Part shown: one piece after another, positions 38,950-47,951 of the stretch | How the letters are laid out: each line of letters opens with the position of its first letter | How positions within the stretch are numbered: the stretch's first letter is position 1 | IMG/VR virus record: IMGVR_UViG_3300017725_002980 | Length of the DNA stretch: 64,000 nt | Origin: an uncultured virus (IMG/VR IMGVR_UViG_3300017725_002980) | Lineage: Duplodnaviria; Heunggongvirae; Uroviricota; Caudoviricetes | Reading direction: 5' to 3' (one strand) | The notes under the pieces: generated by a model | The model's database searches: none | What the model was told of the DNA's origin: nothing | What the model saw: only the letters and a program-made list of their open reading frames with translations | Translations under genes and position numbers: made by a program

Positions 38950-39804
38950 ATGCAATTAAAAATGATTTTTGAACAAGGAAAACACGTAGTAGTATCACTT
39001 TCAGGTGGTATGGACAGCTCAACACTATTGCTTAAAGCTTTAGATGAGTATGAAACAGTAACAGCTTTATCTTTTGACTATGGTCAAAAACATAGAGTAG
39101 AGTTAGAAAGAGCTCAATCACTAGTAGATTATTTAAATGATAACTTTTATGAAACTAATCATAGGGGAGATGATTTTGGTAAATATTCCCCTATTAATTA
39201 TCGAGTTATTAAACTTGATGGCTTAGTTGATTTACTCAACTCAGCCTTAGTTGAAGGTGGAGATGAAGTGCCTGAAGGGCATTATGCTGAAGATAATATG
39301 AAAGCAACTGTTGTTCCTAATAGAAACAAAATATTTGCTTCAATAACTCAGGCAGTTGCTTTATCAATAGCAACTACTAAAAAAGAAATTACTAATATTG
39401 CTTTAGGAATCCATGCAGGTGACCATGCAATTTATCCTGACTGTCGTCAAGAATTTAGAGATGCAGATGATGCTGCTTTTAGATTAGGTAATTGGGATAG
39501 TGAATTAGTAGATTATTGGACGCCTTATCTTGAAGGAGATAAGTTTACAATTTTACAAGATGGAGAAAGTCTCTGTCAAAAATTAAATATTGACTTTGAT
39601 GAAGTTTATAAAAGAACTAATACAAGCTATAAGCCTTATCCTAGTGGTAATAGCGATTATAAGTCTGCAAGTAGTGTGGAGCGTGTTGAGGCCTTTATTA
39701 ATCTTGGGAGGCCTGATCCAATACAATATGAAGATGATGAAGGATTGGCTTCTTGGGAAAAAGTTAAAGAGCACGTATCCAAAATCTTAGCAGAACATGA
39801 GTGA
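38950..39804 (+). CDS. queC: 7-cyano-7-deazaguanine synthase
   Basis: SLSGGMDSST, FDYGQKH, VPNRN, YPDCR; start likely ATG 38950 or 38962 rather than TTG 38917. Confidence 0.93.
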   Translation: MQLKMIFEQGKHVVVSLSGGMDSSTLLLKALDEYETVTALSFDYGQKHRVELERAQSLVDYLNDNFYETNHRGDDFGKYSPINYRVIKLDGLVDLLNSALVEGGDEVPEGHYAEDNMKATVVPNRNKIFASITQAVALSIATTKKEITNIALGIHAGDHAIYPDCRQEFRDADDAAFRLGNWDSELVDYWTPYLEGDKFTILQDGESLCQKLNIDFDEVYKRTNTSYKPYPSGNSDYKSASSVERVEAFINLGRPDPIQYEDDEGLASWEKVKEHVSKILAEHE

Positions 39805-40018
39805 TAGAGAAATAATGGACGCAAAAGGGTTTGGTAGAGTTCATATACCTGAACCTAAAAAACAAGAATTACCTGATGCTCGTAAACATCAAATAATTTC
39901 ATTTATTAAATCAGGATTTCGTATTTTAGGATATGGACTTTTGATTGTAAATTTGCCACTTGCAGTAGGGGTTCTTATATTTAGTGAAATAATAGGAATT
40001 ATAGAAGAATTAGTTTAA
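39797..40018 (+). CDS. Small membrane protein
   Basis: HQIISFIKSGFRI...EIIGIIEELV. Confidence 0.6.
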   Translation: MSDREIMDAKGFGRVHIPEPKKQELPDARKHQIISFIKSGFRILGYGLLIVNLPLAVGVLIFSEIIGIIEELV

Positions 40019-40029
40019 ATTATAAAGAT

Positions 40030-40278
40030 ATGAAATTATTATATTTTTCTGCACCTTGGTGTGGACCGTGTAAAATGTTTGGACCCTTGATGGATCGATT
40101 ATCATCTGAAGGTATGAACATTCAAAAAATTAATATTGATGTTGAAAACGAAATCACAGCTCAATATGGAATTAGAAGTGTCCCTTCGGTTATTAAAGTA
40201 GATGATAGTGGGAATAAAATAGATATGTTTGTAGGTGTAAAAGATATTAACTTTGTAAAACAATTCTATAATGGGTAA
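40030..40278 (+). CDS. Thioredoxin
   Basis: WCGPC active site; IRSVP. Confidence 0.92.
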   Translation: MKLLYFSAPWCGPCKMFGPLMDRLSSEGMNIQKINIDVENEITAQYGIRSVPSVIKVDDSGNKIDMFVGVKDINFVKQFYNG

Positions 40279-40738
40279 ATTTCAGTCAAGTAAAGTATTT
40301 GATGGATTCTCAACTGTGTTCCGTCAGTGGAAGGCAAATACAACTCATTGTCGATTTCTTCATGGTTATGGAGTTTCGTTTAAAGTTTATTTTGAAGGTG
40401 ATTTAGATCATAGAAATTGGGTTTGGGATTTTGGTGGTATGAAACGTGCTAAAACTCAAATTGATGGTATGTCCCCTAAAGCATGGATGGATTATATGTT
40501 TGACCATACTTTAGTTTGTGCTGAAGACGATCCTGCCCTACCAGAATGGGAAAGACTAGATAAGGAAGGTATAATTCAATTAAGAGTTGTTGAAGCTACA
40601 GGAGCCGAAAAATTTGCTGAGTATATTTTTAATAAAATTAATAATTTTGTTCTCGAAGAAACTGAAGGTAGAGTAAAAGTTACTAAAGTTAAATTTGCTG
40701 AACATGGTAAAAATGCAGCCTACTATGTTGAATCCTAA
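40271..40738 (+). CDS. queD: 6-carboxy-5,6,7,8-tetrahydropterin synthase
   Basis: HCRFLHGY, WDFG, FDHT, GAE; clustered with queC/queE. Confidence 0.88.
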   Translation: MGKFQSSKVFDGFSTVFRQWKANTTHCRFLHGYGVSFKVYFEGDLDHRNWVWDFGGMKRAKTQIDGMSPKAWMDYMFDHTLVCAEDDPALPEWERLDKEGIIQLRVVEATGAEKFAEYIFNKINNFVLEETEGRVKVTKVKFAEHGKNAAYYVES

Positions 40739-41531
40739 ATTATGGAATAAAACGGCCCCTTTAGGTCGTATTAAAGATTATGACAAAGTATTACCTATTC
40801 TTGAGATCTATAGGTGTGTCCAATCTGAAGGGTCTAGATTTGGAAGACCTACTATTGCTGTTCGTACTACTGGCTGTACTCATCGATGTTATTTTGGTGA
40901 AGGTGGGTGGTGCGATTCTTGGTATACTTCAGTCCACCCTGAAAAAGGTACCTTTACATTTAACGACATTATTAAAATTTATGATGAAAATCCTCATGTT
41001 AAAGAAATGATGTTAACAGGTGGTAGTCCTACTATGCACCCTGCTTTAGTAAATGAAATAACACATTTTGCAAATGAAAGAGGTATCTTAATTACAATTG
41101 AAACTGAAGGTTCTCATTTTCTCGAAACAGATTATCCACTAGGTCTTATTTCTCTTTCTCCAAAATTTAGTAATAGTGTTCCTGTTGTTGGAGCTGCTAC
41201 CCCTAATGGGTCAGTTACAAATGAAAAAATGGTTAAAACTCATAATCGTCTTCGTCTTAATACTGAAGCAATTAAGAAAACTCTTAGTTATCATAATGAT
41301 TACCACTTTAAACCTGTTTGGGATGGTACAGATGAAGGTCTTGCTGAAATTGAAGCTTATAGACTAGAAATTAATGTTCCTAAAGATAAAACATTTATAA
41401 TGCCTGCGGGTGATACTCGAGAAACTTTAGTTGAAATGTATCCTTTAGTATTTGAAATGTGTGCCGAAAAAGGATATAACATGACTGGTAGAGATCATAT
41501 TATAGCGTTTGATACTAAAAGAGGAGTATAA
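40695..41531 (+). CDS. queE: 7-carboxy-7-deazaguanine synthase (radical SAM); start may be ATG 40725
   Basis: VQSEG, VRTTGC, CTHRC...WCD, LTGG, IETEG, SLSPK. Confidence 0.88.
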   Translation: MLNMVKMQPTMLNPKLWNKTAPLGRIKDYDKVLPILEIYRCVQSEGSRFGRPTIAVRTTGCTHRCYFGEGGWCDSWYTSVHPEKGTFTFNDIIKIYDENPHVKEMMLTGGSPTMHPALVNEITHFANERGILITIETEGSHFLETDYPLGLISLSPKFSNSVPVVGAATPNGSVTNEKMVKTHNRLRLNTEAIKKTLSYHNDYHFKPVWDGTDEGLAEIEAYRLEINVPKDKTFIMPAGDTRETLVEMYPLVFEMCAEKGYNMTGRDHIIAFDTKRGV

Positions 41532-41556
41532 TAAAAATTGTTTAAATAAAAAAAAA

Positions 41557-42714
41557 ATGTCAATTCAAGTTTTTAAACCAAAGTATCGTACAGAAGAAAT
41601 CTTAAAAGAAATTACAGAATGTCTAGAAATTGGATGGACAGGAATGGGTTTTAAGACTGAAAAATTAGAAGAAGAATGGAAAAAATATACTAATTTTAAC
41701 CATGCACATTTTATAGCTTCTAATACAGTTGGGCTTCAAATTGCTCTTAAAGTCCTTAAAGATGTTAATAAATGGAAAGATGGAGATGAAGTAATTACTA
41801 CCCCTCTTACTTTTGTTTCTTCAAATCACGCTATTTTATATAATGATTTAAAACCAATATTTGCTGATGTCGATGATCAACTTTGTTTAGACGTTAAAAG
41901 TATTGAATCTAAAATTACACGTAAAACCAAAGCAGTAATGTTTGTTGGTATTGGAGGTAATATTGGACAATATAATGAAGTTAAAAAATTATGTGATAAA
42001 CATGGTTTAAAACTTATTTTAGATGCTGCTCATATGGCAGGAACTAAGGTAGATAGAGTATTTCATGGAGTGGCAGTTTCTAAATCTCATGTAGGATGGG
42101 ACGCTGATGTTTCCATCTTTAGCTTCCAATCAGTTAAAAATATGCCTACTGCTGATGGAGGTATGATTTGTTTTCAAAATAAAGATTATGATGCTTTAGC
42201 TCGTAAACTTTCGTGGTTAGGTATCAGTAAAGATACTTTTAATCGTACCAATTCTAAAGGCAGTTATAAATGGGATTATGATGTAATTGATTTAGGATTT
42301 AAAGCTCATGGTAACTCTATTATGGCTGCAATGGGATTAGTAGCATTACGTTATTTAGATGAAGATAATAGTCGTAGGAGAGAAATTTGTAAATTATATG
42401 ATGAAGGATTTAAAAATGAAAAATTAATTCAACCTATTCTTCATAATAGTAAATGTGAATCTTCTCGTCATTTATATCAAATTAAAGTTTCTAATAGAAA
42501 CGAAGTAATGGAATATTTAAACGCTAATGATATATTCCCTGGAGTACATTACAAAGACAATACACAATATGATTTATATTCAGAAGCAAAAGGTACTTGT
42601 CCCAATGCTCATAAGCTAAGTGAAGAAATAATTTCACTCCCTCTTCATATGTTTTTAACAGAAGAAGATGCTAAAAAAGTAGTTAAAACTGTTATTAAAG
42701 CTATAAAACGATGA
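41557..42714 (+). CDS. DegT/DnrJ/EryC1/StrS PLP aminotransferase
   Basis: GDEVITTPLTF, LDAAH, FSFQSVKNM..DGG, SLPLH. Confidence 0.9.
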   Translation: MSIQVFKPKYRTEEILKEITECLEIGWTGMGFKTEKLEEEWKKYTNFNHAHFIASNTVGLQIALKVLKDVNKWKDGDEVITTPLTFVSSNHAILYNDLKPIFADVDDQLCLDVKSIESKITRKTKAVMFVGIGGNIGQYNEVKKLCDKHGLKLILDAAHMAGTKVDRVFHGVAVSKSHVGWDADVSIFSFQSVKNMPTADGGMICFQNKDYDALARKLSWLGISKDTFNRTNSKGSYKWDYDVIDLGFKAHGNSIMAAMGLVALRYLDEDNSRRREICKLYDEGFKNEKLIQPILHNSKCESSRHLYQIKVSNRNEVMEYLNANDIFPGVHYKDNTQYDLYSEAKGTCPNAHKLSEEIISLPLHMFLTEEDAKKVVKTVIKAIKR

Positions 42715-43106
42715 AAATGGAACTAGTAAATTGTCTAGAACAATATTGGGAATTTGTCCGTCAATTAAGAACTAACCCCGATAATCAAGGAGGTTTCTTT
42801 ACTCAAGTTAACATCACTCCTGAACAACAAAAAGACTTTATGTCAGAACATCAATGGGATTATAAAATTTGTTTAGTAGATGGAGAACCTGCAGGTTATA
42901 TAGGTTTATTAAAAGGGCATGAAATAACCTATTGTGTATCATCTAAATTCCATGGTAAAGGTATAGGAACATTTATGATTCAAGAATATACTCCTCGTTG
43001 GGCTGAGGTTGATGCTTATGTAAAAACCGATAATATAGCTTCTCAAAAGGTATTTGAAAAGCTAGGATGGGAAAAACAAATTTATTATAAATTCAAAAAC
43101 AAATAA
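42711..43106 (+). CDS. GNAT acetyltransferase
   Basis: FHGKGIGT, N.ASQKVFEKLG. Confidence 0.85.
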   Translation: MKMELVNCLEQYWEFVRQLRTNPDNQGGFFTQVNITPEQQKDFMSEHQWDYKICLVDGEPAGYIGLLKGHEITYCVSSKFHGKGIGTFMIQEYTPRWAEVDAYVKTDNIASQKVFEKLGWEKQIYYKFKNK

Positions 43107-43483
43107 TGTATACTTATCACGCAACATTAGATAGAGTAGTAGACGGAGACACAATAGATGCTCTAATTGATTTAGGATTTAATACTTTAAAAAAAGTAAG
43201 AATCCGAATGATGGGGATGGATGCTTGGGAATCCAGAACTCGAAATAAAGAAGAAAAGAAAAAAGGATTAGCTGCTAAAGCTCGTTTAATAGAAATTCTA
43301 GAAGAAAACGAAAATAAATTTATTTTAGTGTCTCATGGAGTAGGAAAATATGGTCGTTGTTTAGGGGAAATATATGTTGAAAATACTCTACACTCTAATA
43401 ACCCAAACACCCCAGAAATTAGTGTTAATCGAATTTTGATTAATGAAGGTCATGCTAAAGAATATTACGGAGGAAAACGATGA
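43106..43483 (+). CDS. Thermonuclease (SNase-like)
   Basis: RVVDGDTID, RIR..GMDA.E, GKYGRCLG, LINEGHA. Confidence 0.88.
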   Translation: MYTYHATLDRVVDGDTIDALIDLGFNTLKKVRIRMMGMDAWESRTRNKEEKKKGLAAKARLIEILEENENKFILVSHGVGKYGRCLGEIYVENTLHSNNPNTPEISVNRILINEGHAKEYYGGKR

Positions 43484-43983
43484 AAGAACTAATTTCAGCT
43501 AAAGATATCCAATTTCAAACAAAAATAATTGGTAAACAAATTACTGATGACCATAGAGGAGATAAAACTCCAATTGTAATGGTTGGTTTATTAAATGGTG
43601 CTTTTGCGTTCTACAGCGATCTAGTACGATCTATGCCAATTGACGTGGAATGTGATTTTATGCGCGTTAAATCGTATGTAAACCGTAAACAAGGTGATAT
43701 ACAAATCACTAAGGACTTAGAAACACGTGTTAAAGGAAAACATGTTTATATTGTAGATGATATTTACGATACTGGAAATACTATGAAAGCAGTTATTGAA
43801 TATTTAGAAGTCAAAAAACCAGCTTCAATTTCAATTGTGTCTTTAGTTACTAGAGCAACATCCCCAATCCCAAAACAAAAATCATATCATGCATTTACTA
43901 TTGATGATGAATGGGTAGTTGGAATGGGAATGGATAATGAAAAAGGTCATATGAGAAATTTAAATTCAATTTGGGCTTTGTAA
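43480..43983 (+). CDS. hpt: Hypoxanthine/guanine phosphoribosyltransferase-like
   Basis: GLLNGAF.F.SDL, PRPP loop IVDDIYDTGNT, WVVGMGMD. Confidence 0.85.
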   Translation: MKELISAKDIQFQTKIIGKQITDDHRGDKTPIVMVGLLNGAFAFYSDLVRSMPIDVECDFMRVKSYVNRKQGDIQITKDLETRVKGKHVYIVDDIYDTGNTMKAVIEYLEVKKPASISIVSLVTRATSPIPKQKSYHAFTIDDEWVVGMGMDNEKGHMRNLNSIWAL

Positions 43984-44002
43984 AATTAGTTTTGTATATT
44001 CA
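43970..44002 (+). promoter_or_regulatory. Variant TTTGG...TGTATATTCA promoter upstream of folE
   Basis: tttgggctttgtaaaattagttttgtatattca; spacer one nt longer than consensus. Confidence 0.5.
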
Positions 44003-44022
44003 CATAAAATAAGTTATAATAC

Positions 44023-44718
44023 ATGGAAAACAAACGTAGAAAAATCCACGAAGAACTAGAAGTGGTACAAGAAGGGTTTGCTAATGGAGTAGCTCCTGGT
44101 TTCCCTCTTAATATAGATCAAAAACAAGAAATGATAGATGAAGCTACTGAAGCTTATGGTAAGTTTTTAGATGCTTTAAAATGTGATTGGAGAAATGATC
44201 CAAATTCAATGGAAACTCCTCGTCGAGTATCTAAAGCATATGTAAATGATTTATGGTCAGGTCGTTATACAGCAATGTCTCCTATTACTTCATTCCCCTC
44301 AGATGGTTATGATGGAGTAGTTATTGAAAGAAATATTCCTCTAACATCAATGTGTTCTCACCACCACCAAACAATTGGAGGAGTTGTTCATATTGGTTAT
44401 ATTGCTGGAGAAGATGGTCAAGTAATTGGTTTATCAAAACTAAATAGAATTGTAGAATTATTTGGACGTAGAGGTGCTATCCAAGAACAATTAACATCAG
44501 CAATACACAATGCTGTATCTAAAATTACAGAAGGTAATTTAGGTGTAATTGTTACTATTGTCGGAACTCATAATTGTGTTTCGTGTCGCGGAGTAAAACA
44601 TCAAGGAGCAGCAATGGTTACCACTAAAGCATCAGGAGCATTTAGAGATGATCAAAATAATGCTCGTAAAGAGTTTTTTGATAGTTTAAAAATTAATAAC
44701 GGAGGACATAACATTTAA
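44023..44718 (+). CDS. folE: GTP cyclohydrolase I
   Basis: ETPRRV, SMCSHH, GLSKLNR, IQEQLT, HNCVSCRGV. Confidence 0.95.
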   Translation: MENKRRKIHEELEVVQEGFANGVAPGFPLNIDQKQEMIDEATEAYGKFLDALKCDWRNDPNSMETPRRVSKAYVNDLWSGRYTAMSPITSFPSDGYDGVVIERNIPLTSMCSHHHQTIGGVVHIGYIAGEDGQVIGLSKLNRIVELFGRRGAIQEQLTSAIHNAVSKITEGNLGVIVTIVGTHNCVSCRGVKHQGAAMVTTKASGAFRDDQNNARKEFFDSLKINNGGHNI

Positions 44719-44721
44719 TTT

Positions 44722-45336
44722 ATGAATTTTAAAGAAGAAGTAGAATTAGAACTACGTAATAGTTTAGGTTTGCTAAATTCACTTAGAGACCGAGACCAAT
44801 TATCAATGACCCCAGAACATGAATGGGCTGAGTTAACAGCACAGCGTATAGCTGATAAATTTAAGGGTAGGTACGTTCCTTTTGTAAGCGAAGTAGAAGA
44901 ATTTAATGCAACAATGGGAAAACCTAATAATTATGAGCCTAATATACCTGAAAACAAAGCTGAATGGATGTTTGTTTATGACTTCATTCTCGAAGAACTT
45001 GAAGAATACAAAGCTGCCTGCGAAGCAGGTGATATTGTTGAGGTACTTGATGCTTTATGTGACATTGCCTACGTCTCGATTGGTAACGGAACTATGCTTC
45101 ATGGTCTTAAGGATAAATTATGGGATGCCTATCAAGAAGTACAAGCGTCGAATATGTCTAAAGCTTGCTCAAGTGAAGAAGAAGCACAAGAAACGGTTAA
45201 AGTTCGTTCCAAAGAGCAAAATGAACCATGTCACTACGAAAAGGTTGGAGACTATTATATTGTCTATAGAAGTCGTGACAAAAAAGTAATGAAGAATATT
45301 AATTATTTCAGACCTGATCTAAAACAATTCTTTTAA
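44722..45336 (+). CDS. MazG-like all-alpha NTP pyrophosphohydrolase
   Basis: EELEEY, EVLDALCDIAY, EVQASNMSK. Confidence 0.8.
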   Translation: MNFKEEVELELRNSLGLLNSLRDRDQLSMTPEHEWAELTAQRIADKFKGRYVPFVSEVEEFNATMGKPNNYEPNIPENKAEWMFVYDFILEELEEYKAACEAGDIVEVLDALCDIAYVSIGNGTMLHGLKDKLWDAYQEVQASNMSKACSSEEEAQETVKVRSKEQNEPCHYEKVGDYYIVYRSRDKKVMKNINYFRPDLKQFF

Positions 45337-47126
45337 TGTATAAAAAATGTTATCAAGGTGAAAAATTAGGCCCAAACCATTTTGAAATGCATTTATGGGA
45401 AAGCGATGGTAAACATCAAGTTGCAGAATATAAAAACACAGCTTATGTTAACTGCCCCAAAAAAGAACACACTTTAAAAGGTCTAAATGGTGAATTTGTA
45501 AAACCTATTACAAATTGGTATTTTACTAAGAATGCTGAATATAAATATAAAAATACTTTAGGTCTCCATTTTCACGATATGCCCCCTTATCAAAAATTTC
45601 TTATTGAAAGATATGGAATTAATGATGACCCCTCTACAGGACATAAGGAAATATTTTTTGATATAGAGTGTGAAATGGGAGGTGCACTTACTGAAGAATA
45701 TATTGAAGATGCTCCTAAACCAATAACTTCTATTGCTTGGTGGGATAAACAAACAGATCTCTGGGCAATCATTATTTTAGATAAAAAAGGTCAATTAAAT
45801 CATACTAAAGCTAAAAACAAAGAAATAATTCCTGTTAAAACTGAAGTAGAATTATTACAAACTTTTGTAAAACGTTTTAAAGAATTAAATCCTGATATTA
45901 TAGTTGGGTGGAATAGTGATTATTTCGATATTCCTTATCTTTACTACAGAATTGAAAGAGTATTATCTAAAAAAATTGCTACTAGTTTATCTCCTCTTGG
46001 GATTGTTAAAACACGTAAATCTGCTAAATATAAAGATCAAGTTACAGGTGAAGTAAAAGCTAGATGGTATAAACAAGATATGTATGTAGATATTATAGGT
46101 GTAGAATCTTTAGATTATATGCGCTTACATAAAAAGTTTAGCTTTAGAGATGAACCTTCATATAAACTAGATGTTATTGGTGAAAAATATACGGGGTTAG
46201 CAAAGATTGAATATGATGGTAATTTAGATCGATTGTTTGAAGATGATATTCATAAATTTATTCAATATAATTTTCGTGATGTCGAAATTCTTAAATTATT
46301 AGATGAAAAACTAGACTATTTAGCTCTTACTAAAAACTTATCACATAAAGGTAAACATAACTACAGTGAAGTATATGCTAATACTAAAACCCAAGATGGT
46401 GCTATCTCAGCTTATTTATTAAGTCAAGGAATTGCTCCTCCTGCTCGTGACCCCAACCCAATTAATAAGAAAAATTATGCTGGGGGATATTTATTTTGTC
46501 CTACAGCAGGTATTTTTAATTATATGTTTGATGAAGATTTAACATCACTCTACCCATCAATTATTATGTCTCTTAATATTGGTAAAGAAACTTTAGTAGG
46601 AAAAATACTATTTTCGGATGAAAAAATAAATGTTGAAGGAAAAGAAATATTTAATTGTAGATATGCTTTAAATGATCTAAAAAAAATGGATCAAAACCTA
46701 CCAGTTTCGGTTCAAAATGCTAAACGTCAAACTACTGAAATTAAAATTAAAGATTTAATTGAGCTAATTGAAAGTGAAAATCTAGCAATTTCAGCTAATG
46801 GTGTAATGTATAGAACTGATTTTGATTCAGTACTATCTACTATTTTGAATAAATGGTTTCAAGAAAGGCTTGTATTTAAAAATAAAATGAAAGAAGCTTA
46901 TAAAGCTGGTAATAAGGAATTAGGAGAATTAATGCATTTAAAACAACATACAATGAAGATCCTTCTTAATTCACTTTACGGTGCTACAGCATTAGGTTCA
47001 TTTAGGTATGGTAATGTAATCCTAAGTGAAAGTATTACCCTTACAGGTCAACGTATTATCCAAGAATCAGCGGCTTTTGCCAACAAACATATGAACCAAG
47101 TAATGAGAGGAGAAATAGAATTATGA
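45336..47126 (+). CDS. Family B DNA polymerase, N-terminal part (3'-5' exo, motifs A and B)
   Basis: DIECE, GWNSDYFD, YNFRD, DLTSLYPSII, KILLNSLYG; stops before motif C. Confidence 0.92.
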   Translation: MYKKCYQGEKLGPNHFEMHLWESDGKHQVAEYKNTAYVNCPKKEHTLKGLNGEFVKPITNWYFTKNAEYKYKNTLGLHFHDMPPYQKFLIERYGINDDPSTGHKEIFFDIECEMGGALTEEYIEDAPKPITSIAWWDKQTDLWAIIILDKKGQLNHTKAKNKEIIPVKTEVELLQTFVKRFKELNPDIIVGWNSDYFDIPYLYYRIERVLSKKIATSLSPLGIVKTRKSAKYKDQVTGEVKARWYKQDMYVDIIGVESLDYMRLHKKFSFRDEPSYKLDVIGEKYTGLAKIEYDGNLDRLFEDDIHKFIQYNFRDVEILKLLDEKLDYLALTKNLSHKGKHNYSEVYANTKTQDGAISAYLLSQGIAPPARDPNPINKKNYAGGYLFCPTAGIFNYMFDEDLTSLYPSIIMSLNIGKETLVGKILFSDEKINVEGKEIFNCRYALNDLKKMDQNLPVSVQNAKRQTTEIKIKDLIELIESENLAISANGVMYRTDFDSVLSTILNKWFQERLVFKNKMKEAYKAGNKELGELMHLKQHTMKILLNSLYGATALGSFRYGNVILSESITLTGQRIIQESAAFANKHMNQVMRGEIEL

Positions 47127-47371
47127 TAAAAAAACAAACACTAAGAAGGGGAGTAGTAATTAAATGTGAAGGTGAACTACTATCTAAAGAAGAAATTATA
47201 GCATTAAGTGAAAATTGGAATGAAAACCAAGAAATGTTTTTTAGAAAAATGCTAAAACAAGGTGGAAGATTTACTTTAAAAAAACAAAATTTTCATATCA
47301 CCACTCCAGACTTAATTTATAATAATAAAGGAGAAATTGAAACCACCTTATCTACTAATGATGAAGAATGA
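47123..47371 (+). CDS. Hypothetical protein
   Basis: 82 aa, ATGA overlap with polB-N. Confidence 0.6.
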   Translation: MIKKQTLRRGVVIKCEGELLSKEEIIALSENWNENQEMFFRKMLKQGGRFTLKKQNFHITTPDLIYNNKGEIETTLSTNDEE

Positions 47372-47583
47372 GCACTTTAGATTTACATGGGGTCAAACAT
47401 GCTGAGGTAGAAGAAAAGTTAACTAGTTATTTTTTCTGGGAACAACCAGGACATAAACAATATACTATTATTACTGGAAATTCTACTAAAATGAAAGGTA
47501 TAGTATTTGAATGGCTCAATAAATATGAATATAATTATTTTATACCATCCCATAATTTAGGTGAAATACAAGTAAGCGAATGA
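47368..47583 (+). CDS. Smr-domain-like small protein
   Basis: TLDLHG, IITGNS, NLG. Confidence 0.75.
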   Translation: MSTLDLHGVKHAEVEEKLTSYFFWEQPGHKQYTIITGNSTKMKGIVFEWLNKYEYNYFIPSHNLGEIQVSE

Positions 47584-47951
47584 AAAAACCGGACAATTTT
47601 GCAGAAAATAAAGCATTACTTCCTTATGGGGATAGTGTTGCTGCTCCTGTAATTCGTCCTGAAAATATAGATGATTGGAAACTTAGAGGAGTTGATAAAG
47701 TAAACAAACAATTTAAAACTAAGTTTGATGAATTAAAAGAAGAATTCAAACAACTTTTAAAAGAATATCAATGGAATGAACTTGTATATCAATCTAAATT
47801 TAGTTATGAACCTATAATAGGTGAAACTTATCACCTTTACCTTGGGAAGGATGGAAATCCTTTCTTATCTTTAATAGCACCAAATGAATGGAATAAAGAA
47901 CATATTGGTTCATTTAAATTAAATAGTGAACAAAAGTGGATTAAAGTATGA
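47580..47951 (+). CDS. DUF2452-like protein
   Basis: LPYG....AP.I, FSYEPIIGETYHLY, LSLIAPNEW. Confidence 0.65.
   Translation: MKKPDNFAENKALLPYGDSVAAPVIRPENIDDWKLRGVDKVNKQFKTKFDELKEEFKQLLKEYQWNELVYQSKFSYEPIIGETYHLYLGKDGNPFLSLIAPNEWNKEHIGSFKLNSEQKWIKV

Noticed and set aside
47127..47947. Group I intron or split intein interrupting polB
   Set aside because: Region is fully occupied by coupled ORFs, no homing endonuclease motifs, no intein N-terminal Cys/Ser block or C-terminal His-Asn at the junctions
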